64,000 nucleotides of DNA from Azolla caroliniana (lineage: Eukaryota; Plantae; Polypodiophyta). The number at the start of each line of letters is the position of its first letter. The stretch's first letter is position 1. The stretch is taken from contig JBHGNT010000010.1 of NCBI GenBank assembly GCA_043228905.1, positions 10,850,001 to 10,914,000 on the forward strand, in the 5' to 3' direction. This document shows, piece after piece, positions 1 to 13,013 of this stretch. The notes beneath the pieces are model-generated. The model had not been told where the DNA came from and searched no databases. It saw nothing but the letters and a program-made list of their open reading frames with translations. The translations under genes were made by a program, and so were the position numbers.

Positions 1-86
1 AACGCCTGGCGGTACAAAGCCGGCAATTCTGTTTATTACGAGACACGTTATACCACAAAGGTGCGGACGGTATATGGCAACGAGCG

Positions 87-1397
87 GTGCGCAACGACGA
101 GAAAGAGGTAATACTACGGGAAGCACACTACGGGGTTGTGGGAGGCCATTATGCCGAGGATGCTACGGCAAGGAAGATATGGCAAAGTGGCCTATGGTGG
201 CCGACTACATTGAAAGACGCAGTCCGGTACGCGAAAGAGTGTGATCTATGCCAGCCAATGGGCCAGCCAACGAAACAAGCTAGGATGTCGCACCAGCCAG
301 TACTACCGCTAGAACCATTTCAAAAATGGGGACTGGATTTTGTTGGACCATTTAAACCACCGGCAATGAGAACTGGCAACCGGTATGTGATCGTCGCGAT
401 GGACTTTTGCACTAAATGGGTGGAAGCCAAAGCCCTACGAGACAACACCGCGGCGTTGACGGCAAAATTCTTATACGAATACATTTGGTGCCGGTACGGA
501 TGCCCCATAGAGCTGATAAGCGACCAAGGAGGGCACTTTCTTGGACAAGTAGTGGAGAGCTTGACGTCATTCTATGCGGTAGTACATAAACGGAGCACCC
601 CGTACTACCCACAAGCCAACGGATTAGCTGAGTCAACAAAAAAAACGCTACAGAATATTCTGCGCAAGATCGTCAATGAAAATCGGATAGATTGGGGCAC
701 GAAGCTGCACAGTGCGCTTTGGGCTTACCGGACAGCGTACAAAACAAGCATCCGAACAACGTCGTTCCGGTTAGCATTCGGATTAGAGGCAGTCATGCTG
801 GTTGAGTTCCAGGTACCGAGCTTACGAATCCAGATTCGGGAACGACTTAATGAAAAGGAATCGAAGGCAATTCGGTTAAAGGCTCTGTGTGAACTAGAAG
901 AACACCGACTGGCGAGCATCATGCACCTGGAATTGGAACAACGGCGACGGAAAGCGTTTGTAGATCGGCACCGGAAGGGAAACGAAAAGATGTTCGAAAT
1001 CGCCAAGCCGGTACTAGTGTTCCAGACCTGGATGGGTAAAATGCCAGGCAAACTACCGTTTAGATGGACCGGACCGTACTGGATCACACGCGGGTTCAAT
1101 GGGTCTTACCAGTTAGGGACACTTGCCGGCGAGGTGCTGGGTAAATGGGTCAACGGATTTGGACTAAAGCCATACAAAGGACCTATGCCCAAGAACCCAT
1201 TTGAACGAAGGGCCGCCACCGAATCAAAAGCCAGCAGGCCAACCACGACGGCAACCCGTGAGGAAAACAGCTACCACCAAGCCGGTAACGAGGAGCACGA
1301 GTCAGTAACCGGGGAAAGCATAACGATTGCAAACCGTCAAGAGGCCGGCAAGGTGCGCGTTTCGGGTAAGGGTCCGACAGGACCGGACAAAAATTAA
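87..1397 (+). CDS. Gypsy integrase (C-terminal part of Pol)
   Basis: HHCC zinc finger (AHYGVVGGH...CDLCQ), rve core (WGLDFVGP...LISDQGGHF...PQANGLAES), GPY/F motif (RWTGPYWI), no chromodomain. The frame is open upstream of 87. Confidence 0.92.
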   Translation: MRNDEKEVILREAHYGVVGGHYAEDATARKIWQSGLWWPTTLKDAVRYAKECDLCQPMGQPTKQARMSHQPVLPLEPFQKWGLDFVGPFKPPAMRTGNRYVIVAMDFCTKWVEAKALRDNTAALTAKFLYEYIWCRYGCPIELISDQGGHFLGQVVESLTSFYAVVHKRSTPYYPQANGLAESTKKTLQNILRKIVNENRIDWGTKLHSALWAYRTAYKTSIRTTSFRLAFGLEAVMLVEFQVPSLRIQIRERLNEKESKAIRLKALCELEEHRLASIMHLELEQRRRKAFVDRHRKGNEKMFEIAKPVLVFQTWMGKMPGKLPFRWTGPYWITRGFNGSYQLGTLAGEVLGKWVNGFGLKPYKGPMPKNPFERRAATESKASRPTTTATREENSYHQAGNEEHESVTGESITIANRQEAGKVRVSGKGPTGPDKN

Positions 1398-1813
1398 CCA
1401 CACAATTAATTTTACAAAAAAATAAATAAATAAATAAATAAAAGAAGCGAATCAAAGAAATCATGGAAAGGAGTGGTGGAAACGGCCATGCAAACGAGGA
1501 GTAAAGAGGCACGTCGAAAAGGTACGAGGAGGCTATGAATAGGACATTAAACCACCGCCACATGGCACACAATACTATTATAGTACACGACCTGCACATG
1601 CGGAGGCTCGAAAAAGGCGCCAAGATGCAAAGAGAAAAACCCCCACGCATCGAGACCTTCTCCTTTCGCGAACCAAGGAGAATAGACGCAGACAAACGCG
1701 TGAAGATCAATCGAAGAGAGCTCACGCACAGAGAACCCCCTCACTCAGAACTTTCTCTCTCACACTCTCCCCACCATCAAACCTCGCCAACGCTCTCCGA
1801 CCTCGACGTAGAG

Positions 1814-4576
1814 ATGGACTGCCAAACACTGTCTGAAGCCACCAAGAAATGGTTACGGCAACATGGACTGGAGGGTTTCTTGACGATCATGGAGGCGGCG
1901 CCACACAAGGAGGCCAAAAAGATTATCAAAGAAATCGACATAGAGGTGATCACGGAGGAGGCGATCCGTGTGTTAACAGGCCTTCCGGAGGAGGGCATCT
2001 ACACGATCGACAATCCTACCTCCGAGCAGCTCATCAAATATTTCGGTGAGTATTCTCTCGCCAGCAAAGGCTACAAGACACAAGGCGGCGAAGACATTTT
2101 ATTCCGCGAAATTGCCCATGTACTCCATGAGTTCTGCCACGTATACCCTCCACCCCCCATTATGCCTCAGAACCGAGCAGGCTTGATTATCGCGATGTAC
2201 GAAGGGGTCAAGGTGGATTGGTCGGTGCTGATCGCCGACGGGTTGTGTACAGCTATTGATATCGTAAGAGGAAAGGATGGCAGGGAAGGCCGGAAAATAT
2301 GGCATGCGGTGATGCAATGGCTCACCCTATTGGCGCCACCGGTCGAGCCCGTCTAGACCAAGAAGTGGGGAAGAGCAACGGACGGCACCCCGAAACCTGC
2401 TTCGAAACGGCAACAGTTATTGGCCTCCAAGGCCATTAAGGGGAAGACGGCCGACGCAGAGAAGGCGGCAAAGGAGCGCGCCAGCCGGAAGCGGCCGACG
2501 GACGCACATGAGGAGACACCGGCACGGCCCCTGAAGTGCCCACTCCACCGACCGGTGCAGCAAGAAACAGACACCCTGGCGGCAAGAATGAATGTCGGGA
2601 CTCAAGCGGAGGAAATGGAGGAAGAACCCATGGAGCACCTCCAACTGCGGCCGGTGAAGAGCACCGCTGAATCAGCCAAGAAGCGTTCGGACCCACAGAA
2701 GGATGGAACGCCTGCAACCCACACTGAGCATCCCACGCCAAGGGAGGCACCGGAACCGGTTCGGATGGAATCGATCACAAAAGTCCCTGCACAATAGGCA
2801 ACACCGGCAAGCCTCGTAACTCAAGAGCCGGTTATACAAGGGCCAACCTCCTCAGCCAGCCAAGAACAATAAGACAAGGGGCGGCTAGCCGGATCACACC
2901 TAGAGTTGGAACGGCAAAGTGGTCAGCAGGCAAAACCAGAAGTGCAGCTCAACGCAGTAAGGCGGGACCAACCACCGGCAAGTGAACCCATCAGCCAACC
3001 CGCCGTGCAGACGCAACAATAGTGCATCGGCAACCAATGGCTCCGGTGGATAGGAGAACAAATTACCGGAGTAGTCGGATGCATAGAGGCGGAAGAAAGA
3101 GCGCAAACGGAATGGTTGCTCGTCACAACCGATGAACTGGAGACGGCCCGGTCAAGGATTTGGTGCCTCGAACAAGACTTGGATCGGATCACAGGAGACA
3201 TGGCCAAAATGGCCTTAACCGCAACGCAAATCCAAGCACCGGTGACTTTGGTTGATGTACATATGAATAAGACCCCGGAGACAGAAACTGTCCCGGAGAA
3301 AGATGCGGCGCAAGCCCAAGAGCTTGCGGAATTACGTGACGAACTTGCCGCACAAGAAGCATTACGGAGCCGCGAACGCAACTTGAAGAAGGCGGCCGAA
3401 GAAGAATTAAAGAAGACTGTTGAGAACCTCCGCCGGGCAGAGGAAAACCTGTGTAAAGGACATCACGCGTACGACCGACTAAAGGAGGAAAAAGAGAAAT
3501 TGTTGCAGGAGAAAGACAAGCTACGACGGATGGCGGAGATGGAAATCGAAAGTCTGAAGGAAGAACTCCGTCAACAGAAGGACCGGGAGGACCGCGCGCG
3601 CTGGCAGATCAACCAGAGGCTGAAGCAGAAGACCGATGATTTTGATCATCTGCACCAGGACTACAAGCAGCTGGAGACGGAGTATAAGCAACAACAGGAA
3701 CGGATGGCCGAGCTCCGGCAAGAAGTTGATAGGGCCACAACGGCACTCGCCGACGAACGAGCTGAGAGTTCCAAGCTATTGGAGGAAGCGGCGATGGACC
3801 GAATGGAGCTCCACAAGCAGAACCATGAAGAAAAGGAAAGGGCGACAATGGTGTTACAGAGGTTGCAAACAACCTATCAAAGTCAATTGTCGCATTATAG
3901 GGAGCAGGAGACGGACACGGTCCGAATCATCAAGCAATTGAAAGAGGAGCGACAAGCCGCAGAGAACAAATCACGGATGGGAACCGAACGGATCCAGTGC
4001 ATCCTCCGGTCATGGCTCACCAAGACCAAAAGCTTGATTGACGAGAGCTCTGTGTGATGGTGGACGAAATGGGCGCAGAATACGAGGGAACTCCAATTGC
4101 TCAGGGCGGACGTGGAAAACCGGTAGAAGGAGGGTGACGACTGTTATACGCTAACATCGGAGGACTTCACCGCCATAAGGGATGAGCTGGCCGAAGATTT
4201 CACAGCCCTGGCGGATGAACAATTGGTGCAGGTCCGACAGCTCATAGCTCAACTGGACGACGATCGGCTGGAGGCTCAAATCCAGTTTGAGATCTATGAG
4301 CGGTCCCGACTTCGGGAAGAAAAAGCGAGGAAGGCGGCAACGGTCAACCTTAGTGATGAGGAACCGTCGCCGGTACAAGGACCAAACGGGGACTAGGCCG
4401 TGGTCAGTCAGCCAGAGACAACTCCGACGGAGGAACCAACGAAGGAAACGTTGGTGCCAGAGCGACAAACGGAGCCGCAGCCCCAAACGGAGCAGCCACA
4501 ACAGCAACAACAGATTCCCAATGAGCCATTGGAAATTCTAAAGCAAAGCATTCTGGACATTTTGGACGAAGCGTAA
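1814..4576 (+). pseudogene. Extra (env-position) ORF of E1, about 920 codons: N-terminal globular domain, Pro/Glu linker, long coiled coil
   Basis: ORF pieces 1535-2356, 2420-2797 and 3116-4057 and the final TAA at 4574-4576 are all in one frame, broken only by point stops. ATG at 1814. Homologous copies at 5088-7510 and 43210-45297. Confidence 0.8.
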
Positions 4577-4630
4577 AAGGGCCAAATAATGGGTTCAACG
4601 TACAAGGTATTGTCCCACGGGCATGCCATG

Positions 4631-5087
4631 TGTTACCCGTCTGGCAAGAAGGCTTAAGGAGGTCCAAACCAAAGTGTGAAAGGAATAGTTTATTCGGGAA
4701 CTGTTGTAATTAGTATTCTTAATATATATTAATATATGAGAAGATGTGGACGGACGGACCGGAATCGGTATGCCGATCCGGATCCGGACCGATCCCAAAA
4801 AGGTGCCAGTTGGCACCGTTTTGTACTTTGCACCGGAGACCTATATAAAGGCCCGGTTACAATGTAATCGACAGCGGATAATTAATAGAACTTATTGCCT
4901 TAATCTTTCAGTATTGATTACCGTTCTGTACTCATTGTTATATCTTACGCGTGTTAATGATGTGTGCTAAGTAATCGATTAAGGTCTAATTAAACGTTGT
5001 GTCGTAAGTCATCCTGCCGTAACACCCTTTGGTGAAGTGTCTTAAGTGGACACCCTGTGTTAGGTTGTCTGGCCCCTAGGATTAACA
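4631..5087 (+). repeat. 3' LTR of E1 (457 bp)
   Basis: TGTTA...TAACA termini, + strand TATA (CTATATAAAGG), similar to the E2 and E3 LTRs. Confidence 0.85.
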
Positions 5088-8059
5088 GTTTCATTATTGC
5101 TCTCATACACAGGGGTGCAAGTGGATTGGTCGGTAATCATCGCCGATTGCTTGCGGACAACGATAGAATCAGTGCAGAACGGCAAGAAATTATGGACGGT
5201 CGTGGCTCAATGGATGACTCTCTTGGCGCCACCGGTGGAGCCGATAAGACTAAGAAGCGGGTTCAAGTAACGAAGACCACGCCCCACAAACCTTCAAAGC
5301 GGCAGCAACTCCTAGCCAAGCACACGCCCTGATGGAAAGAGGGCAGTACCTCGCAGCAATGGAAAGAACAGCCTAGCCGGAAGAGGCAAGCAGAGACAGC
5401 GACACCAGTGGAGCCACCAGTAAGGCCGCTTAAAATCAAGTTGCGCCGACAGGAATAAGAGCTGAACCACTTGACAACGAAGATCAATATGCTTCTAGTG
5501 ACATAGGAGGAGACGGAGGAAGACCCTGTCGATAACCTCCTACGTCACTAGAAGCATAGTGACGAAGTGCAAAAGGGGGACGAATCGGGTCCAGTGAAGC
5601 ACATCGCACCGACACCCCGTTCCGTAGGACTGGAGCCAAGGAAGGAGGCGGAACTGGTTCAACCAGAACCGATGAAAGAGTTACCTGTGCGGCAAGAAGC
5701 AACAATGCCGGTGGTCCAAGAACCGGTAATCGAATTGCCTACCTCACCGAGACAGCAGGCATAGCAAGAGCAAGAGTTGTCGCTGCAATCAACAATCCAA
5801 AAAGGGCTTCCGGTGAGAACAGAGGCCACACCACAACCAGAACCGGCACGACAAAAAGGCATCTGCAGTCAATGGCTACGGTGGATTGGCGAGTAGGTGG
5901 CCGGGGTCGTGTGCCAAATAGAAATGGAGGAGAGAGCACAGGGGAACCGGTTGTTCTCCACAACCGAAGAACTTGAGAAGGCCCGGTCGAGGATCCGGAG
6001 CAAAGCAGAGGCGACTAAGCAGGTCATAGAAGGACCAATACTACCAGAACCGGTGGCTCTGGTGAATGAACAAACCAATAAGACGCCGATAATTGAAATA
6101 GCACCGGATACGAATAAGGCACAAGAATAAGAACTTGCCACTCTCAGAGAGGAATTAGCAGCCCAAGAGGCCTTAAGGGCTAGAGAACGAGACCTAAAGA
6201 AGGCGACGGAGGAAGAACAACGGAAAACGGCAGAGAACCTCCGAAAAGCTGAGGACAACCTACGGAAGGGTCATCAAGCATATGACCGATTGAAGGAAGA
6301 AAAAGAAAAGTTGTTGCAAGAAAAGGACAAACTCCGGCGATCGACGGAAGTCGAGATCGAGCGGCTCCAAGAAGAACTCCGGCAACAGAAGGACTGTGAG
6401 GACCGGGCCTAACACCAACTCAATCAGAGGCTGAAATAGAAAACGGAGGATTTTGACAGGTTGCACGGGATCACAAGCACCTAGAGGTGGAACACAAGAA
6501 ATTGATGGCAGAAGGTGACCGGCAGCAAGAGAAGATGCGGGAACTCCGAGATGAAGTCAACAGGACAGCAACGACATTGGCGGAAGAAAGGACCAAGGGA
6601 GTCGAAGCGGAAAAGATGCTGGCAGAAGCAACAAAGGACAGAATGGAGCTTACCTGGCAGCATCATGAGGAGATGGAACGAGCAAAGATGGCTCTGAACA
6701 GAGTTCAGACGACTTATCAAACGCAACTGATGCAGTATCAGGGACAAGCTAAGGCAACCGTGATCCTCATAAAGAAATTAAAGGATGAAAAGCAAGCCGC
6801 AAAGGAGAAGTCAAATATGGGACTTGGCCGTATTCGAGACATTGTACTGACATGGAAGGGACCAAACGAAGAGGTTAGTTGAAAGAAATTCAGTACAGTG
6901 GTGGTCCAAATGGGCAAAGCAGGCAGCCGAGTTGTAGGTCCTGCGAGCGGATGCGGAGAACCGGCAAAAGGACGGCGATAACTTCTACAAACTAGACGAG
7001 GAAAGCGTTATGACCATACAGGAAGAGTTATCGGATGACGTCCTGTCCTTGGCTGAAGAGCAACTGGTGGCGGTGGGCCAGCTGGTGGAACAACTGGATG
7101 ACGACCAGCTAGATACCCAACTCTAGTTCGAGCGATACGAACGGGAACGGAGACAACAAATGGTGACTAGAAGAACGATGACAATTAACATTAGTGACGA
7201 AGAGCAATCTCCGGAGCAGACGCCGAATGCAGCAGAAATCAGAGGAAGCCAGCTAAATGTAACTCAAGTGGAATAGTCGAACCAGCAAGAGCTAGTGCAA
7301 GCCGGACGTCGGGAGCAAGAGGAGCCCAGAACAGATGAGTCGAAGAGGGAAGCCTGGAAGGGACTAGAGCCGGAAGGGTCAGGAGCCAGAAAGGAGGAGC
7401 AGGCTGGAGAGCAACAGCAACAACAGGCACCACAACAAACGGAGCAACTACCCGAAGAACCTCTAGAACCCTTGGACCAAAGCATTCTGGACATTTTGAC
7501 GGACGATTGAAAAGGGCTAACTGTGGGTTCAACATACAATGTGTTGTCCCACGGGCGTGCCATGTGTTGGCCGGCAAGACCAAAGGGTCGGTTAGAGTCC
7601 AAACTGTGAAAGGGGTATTTAATTAGGGATAGGGAGTTGTTATTAATCAATATTATGTTATTTTGAGAAGCTAAATATTATGTTATTTTGAGAGGCGGGC
7701 GGACGGACCGGAATCGATATGCAGATTCGGATCTGGACTTGATCGTTGCCAGTTGCTGGTTGGCACTGGTTTGTAACTTAGCCGAAGACCTATAAAAGGA
7801 CCCGGCAAGAATGTAATCAAAGACAGATAATTAATAGAAGGGTTGCTATTTTACATATTGTTTAGTGTCTATTTGATTACCGTTCTGTGCTTAATATAAT
7901 TAATCTTACGCGTGTGTTACGATCATTAACAGTGTTGGTTAGAAACCGGTTAAGACCCATTCGATATCGCGGTCCATCCATATCTCACCGTACCACCCTT
8001 TGGTGAAGTGTTCCATAAGGACACCCTGTGTTAGGGCTTGTCCAGCCTAAAGGATAACA
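5088..8059 (+). mobile_element. Related Gypsy element E2, 3' part: degraded extra ORF (5088-7510) and 3' LTR (7565-8059)
   Basis: Starts mid-ORF directly after the E1 LTR, in the region homologous to GVKVDWSVLIAD. Ends in EPLDQSILDILTDD*. LTR TGTTGG...ATAACA. Confidence 0.85.
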
Positions 8060-10100
8060 ACAAGACAGATGTTGGGAATGTACATCATCCGGGACCAGTC
8101 GAAGAAGTTGTTGTGATTGTCGTAGGAAAAGTACGTGACAAAGGTACTCCAAAGGTTCAACATGTCGGAGGTGAAACCGGTCGGATCGACACTTCCGGCA
8201 AACTGCAAGCTATCCAGAAAACAAAGCCCGAGGACAAAGATCCGAAATGGACTTGATTCACAAGAATCAGACATGGGAGTTGGTCGAACTACCAGCTGGA
8301 AGAAAGTCGCTACCTTGCAAATGGGTTTTCTGATACAAGTATGTATCTGACTCAGACAAACCCAAGTACAAAGCGTTGCTCATCGAAAAAGGATTCAAAC
8401 AAGAATATGGGGTCGACTACGACGAGATATTCTCACCAGTAGTGAAGATGACCACCCTCCAACTCCTACTAGGAGCTGTAGAAACAAAAGACCTAGAGCT
8501 CGAGCAAATGGACGTCAAGACGACATTCCTACATGGAGATCTGGAAGAAGACATTTACATGTTTCGACCGACAGGCTTCACGGCGACAGGGGAGGAGAGT
8601 CACCTCGTATGTCGACTGAAGAAAAGCCTCTATGTTATGAAACAAGCGCCAAGGATGTGGTACCAGAAGTTCGACTCCTACATCAGGCAACTTTCAGACA
8701 AACCCAAGTACAAAGCTCTGCTCATCGAAAAAGGATTCAAACAAGAATATGGGGTCGACTACGACGAGATATTCTCACCAGTAGTGAAGATGACCACCCT
8801 CCAACTCCTACTAGGAGTTGTAGCGACAAAAGACCTAGAGCTCGAGCAAATGGACGTCAAGACGACATTCCTACATGGAGATATGGAAGAAGACATTTAC
8901 ATGTTTCAACCAGCAGGCTTCACGGCGACGGGGGAGGAGAGTCACCTCGTATGTCGACTGAAGAAAAGCCTCTATGTCTTGAAACAAGCGCCAAGGATGT
9001 GGTACAAGAACTTCGACTCCTACATCAAGCAACTTGGATACCGCCGATCAGACTTCGACCCATGTATGTACATTCAACAATTGGCCGACGAGTCTAGGAT
9101 TTACCTGATCCTATACGTCGATGACATGCTGATTGCAGGAAGCAATGAAACATAGATCGGAAAGCTGAAGCGGAGCCTTCATGACAAGTTTGCAATGAAG
9201 GAACTCGGACAAGCCCGTCACATATTGGGCATGAGGATAGAGCGAAATCGAATGACCAAGAGTCTCTGACTCTCCTAGTCTAACTATATCCGAAAGGTGT
9301 TGAAGCGCTTCAACATGGAGAATGTGAAGCCAACACCAACACCGCTTCCGACATCGATCTGACTATCGGACAGAGGCTCTCCTTCAACGGACAAGAAGAG
9401 AGAGCTTAATGGAAAGATGCCTTGCACATCGGCCATAGGAAGTATCATGTACGCAATGGTGGCGACCCAACCTGACCTAGCTTATGTCGTAGGGGTGGTT
9501 AGCCGGTACATGTCAAATCCAGGATGGAAGCATTGGGAGGTCGTCAAGCACATTTTCAAGTACCTGAGAGGGACCGCAGATACACAATTGATTTTTGGTT
9601 TGACAACCCTAGCCAAAGTTGAAGGCTACACTAACTTCGACTATGCCGGAAATACAGACAATCAGAAGTCAACATCAGGCTATATTTTCACCTATGGTGG
9701 CGAGCGATATCATGGAGGTCAAAGCTTCAAGAGTGCACGGCCCTATCGACCACAAAGGCCGAGTACATAGCAGCATCGAAGGCAGTGAAGGAAGCGATCT
9801 GGTTGCACTGACTGTCTGTCGACTTCTCATCTACAAGCCGAATTGACCGACCATCACCGACCATCTATTGCGACTCACAGAGCGCAATTCACCTCATTAA
9901 CAATCCCGTCTATCACGCAAAGACAAAGCACATTGAGGTGCGGTATCATCACATCCGGGAGCTCATAACCAAGAAGAAGCTCAAAGTCCGGAAGATCGAC
10001 ACCGAGGTGAACATCGTCGATTGCCTGATGAAGCCACTCCCAGATCAACGCTTCGGAGCACTAAGGAGAAAGATGGGACTACGACAAGTGACCGAGTAGA
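8060..10100 (+). pseudogene. Degraded Ty1/Copia RT-RNase H fragments
   Basis: GVDYDEIFSPVVKMTT, QMDVKTTFLHG, LKKSLYVLKQAPRMWY, LYVDDMLIAG and RNase H KHIEVRYHHIRE-type motifs. A first short fragment (8060-~8350) is not collinear with the rest. Confidence 0.9.
8352..9035 (+). repeat. In-frame 342-bp tandem duplication inside Copia RT
   Basis: TCAGACAAACCCAAGTACAAAGC recurs at 8352 and 8694; the peptide is duplicated in ORF 8376-9155. Confidence 0.9.
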
Positions 10101-10672
10101 AGAAAGGCGAACGAGGAGCAGAAGGTAAGAGTCGACCAAACCAATCATGATAATGCGCCATGCTAGGCTCGACACGGACCTCACCTTTGCCGACTCGACT
10201 ATATGTCGACCGGCCTAGTGTGAAATCGTCCATATAGTTAGGGCTTATTATATCAACAATAACCTAATGTTGTAAAAAAAAACCTTGATCATTCTCGTAT
10301 AGAGTCTCTGAGAGAGAGAGAGAATGTAATAACGAAGCTTCCATTAAAGCTTAAACCGTGTATAGCTTCTATCTATTCTCTTGTCTTCCTTCTCTGTTGT
10401 TTGCTAAGCACATACAACAGGTCCTCCCATACACTTTTGCACGCACATTGGATCATCAAGTCATTTGTCTATAAGCTTCCACGTCTTACTTTTTACATGG
10501 TATTAGAGCACGAGGGTTAGAAGAATCCTCAGCTTTCTAACACAGACCAAGCAACCGACATCTAGACACAAAAAAAGACAGGAACATGGACAAAGGTATG
10601 GGAAGCACTCTGTTGGCGAAAAAGTTAGACAAAAGCAACTACACATCTTGGAAATACAAGATGCATCAATAT

Positions 10673-11118
10673 TGTTACCCCGTACGAAATGTACGGAGAG
10701 TCAAGTGTGATGAGCTAGGGTCGAATGTTATCATGATGTTGTTGTGTATGTGTAAGGGGCATAAATGTAATTGTGAGTCGATACATATGTGAACACATGC
10801 ACACGTGTGTGCGTGTGGATGGATACAAGGAGGTGTGAGTGAGTGTCCAGTATGAATGCTCGAGGGGGCTTACACCCCTATGTATCTACCCCCCTCCTGT
10901 ACTATTTAACCCCCTTATGGGGAATGAATGGAAAAGGAATGAACATTTCTCTCTCAATCTCTCTCTCTCTTCCCTTTCCCTTACGTTGAACCCCCTTGGG
11001 AGGGGGTTGGAGCCATTCTAGGCACTACTACCCCCCACCCCACAATGCTTCTCTATGCTTCTCTATATGATCTCTCTCACCATCATACTCTCCATCACTA
11101 ACCCTAAAACCTACAACG
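10673..11118. mobile_element. Solo LTR inserted in Copia gag
   Basis: TGTTAC...CAACG (CA mutated to CG), flanked by AATAT/AATAC. The gag frame resumes after removal. Confidence 0.7.
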
Positions 11119-11227
11119 AATACTTGCTTGGACACGAGTACTGGAGTTCTATAGATGGAGTGAACAATGAAGCACTAGGGTCGACAAACAAGAATTTTTC
11201 AGCTTGAGACTAGGTGGCAAGCAGAGT

Positions 11228-11696
11228 TGTTAAAGCTAGATCCTAATGTAAGCATATGATAAGGATATAATAGATAGATAGAAAATAAAGGAGAGAGAGA
11301 AAGAAAGAAGGGTGTTTATCCACCTGACCACCCCCGAGAGAAGGGATCGAGACAAACTCGAGTCTTCATTGGCGTCCCATACCACCGCCATGGCGTCGAG
11401 TCGTACCTAGGACTGGCACACTCACTTACAAGATTTTGATCACCACTTAAGTAGAGTCTCGATGTAGTCAAATGATGTGTGAAATGAGAGTACCTAGGCT
11501 TCATATTTATGGCCAGAACTAAGGCCCCCAGGCAAGTTCACACTTGGCCTTAATGAGTTGTCTCAATCCCAAGGATTAAAAGTAATCCTTCCCTTCCCTT
11601 CTTTACACTCTCCTTTAACCCTCACACTTTATCCACATGTATAGAATACTACGGTACAATCTTACCACGGGATATTATATGGTCATTCCCATAACA
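11228..11696 (-). mobile_element. Solo LTR (same family as 28232-28687)
   Basis: TGTTA...TAACA, TSD AGAGT/AAAGT, clear similarity to 28232-28687. Confidence 0.8.
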
Positions 11697-12849
11697 AAAG
11701 TCTTGTACTATTTGCGTCTTATGGACTAGATGCTAGGTTACGTCAAGGGCGCAAAGACGCCGAAAGAGGCCTGGCAAAATCTGAAGAAGATTTTCACTAT
11801 GAGTACCACAACCCACAAGTTGCAACTTTGCAAGTAGCTCAACAATATCAAGCAAGCGGATATGACAATGAATGACTACACCATGAAGATCAAGGAAATC
11901 TGCAACACCTTAGGGTCCATCAATGTGACGGTGGACAAGGATGAAATGGTGCAAATCGGTCTTGGTGGTCTAGCGTCGAGGTACGGGCCGATTAGAATGG
12001 GCTATCTGCACAAGGGAGAAGCCATCATCTTTCTTCGACTTACAGTTGATGCTCTTAGTCAAAGAGAACCATGCAGGTGCATTGAGGAGCACACACTCTG
12101 ACAACCAGATGTTGTACACAGATACTTGATTTGAACATCCATGAGCGTATCATGTGACTTAGGGGATTCTACCACGATCACTGCTAGGGGCTTAGTCTTG
12201 TTATATTTGACAACACTCATTCCCCCCATGTCAATTGGTGTTGCCTTTTGTATTGACTAGGAATGAAATTGGTCAATTAGTGCTTTTAAGTATGCACTAG
12301 CAATGCCCCCCCATGTAATGCCAACACTGTCTCCTCCATTTTTCTTTTGTCTTTTTGAATAAAGATTCACCTTGATATTAATGGAAAGATGCCCAAAGGC
12401 TACAAAAAACTCACAGTAAAATATAACCCTCATACCCATCTCAACCAACATGTCAAGTAGCAAAAGCCCTCATGCATGGTCCTTCCAAGACGGGGGGCGG
12501 AAAAAGCCATCTTGGTGGAACATATATCCACTTTATTCTCTCCCCTATAAGAGGTGAATACCTTTTCCTTTTTCCAAATTTCTCAAAAGTGTTGTTGCTT
12601 ACAAAACACAACCTCAGTCTCACTAGTTATTGCCTCATATTTTTCTACCTAACTTACTTCAAGATTATTAGATGATGCCTTAAGGTAGATTACACTCACA
12701 TTTCCTATCATGAGTTGACTCTTCATGTGCCTCCATGCGTTAAGATTGAGAGGTGCACTCGGAAATGTGCTCAGCAATGTCCGTGGCCTCAAATCCCTCA
12801 CATGGCCTCATTATAATCTATGATTTGGTAAGCAAATAGACACGTCGTT

Positions 12850-12982
12850 CATACATACATACTGTAAATACATACATACATATATACATACTATACATAA
12901 AATACATACATACTGATACTATACATAAAATACATACATACATACTATATGTACATAAAATACATACACTACATACATACAC
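12850..12982. repeat. Degenerate (TACA)n microsatellite just upstream of the RPC4 start codon
   Basis: Runs of ATACATACAT. Confidence 0.85.
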
Positions 12983-13013
12983 ATTTGTAACCAGCTCGAA
13001 TTCTTGTGCAGGC

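Larger units (their letters stand above)
1..5087 (+). mobile_element. Ty3/Gypsy non-chromoviral (Athila/Tat-like) LTR retrotransposon E1, 3' part: integrase, extra ORF, 3' LTR
   Basis: Integrase ORF at 87-1397, extra ORF at 1814-4576, TG...CA LTR at 4631-5087 homologous to the paired LTRs at 41473 and 45352. The 5' part lies outside the window. Confidence 0.9.
10150..12120 (+). mobile_element. Copia LTR (start approximate, end 10497), tRNA-iMet PBS and truncated gag, interrupted by two solo LTRs
   Basis: ...TTTTACA followed by TGGTATTAGAGC (10498-10509). Gag MDKGMGST...WKYKMHQY|LLGHEYW...KTPKEAWQNLKKIF. The LTR resembles 62193-62501. Confidence 0.75.

Noticed and set aside
3116-4057. Host myosin/SMC-like coiled-coil gene
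   Set aside because: It is intronless, lies between integrase and an LTR, and is repeated in sibling elements, so it is the element's extra ORF.
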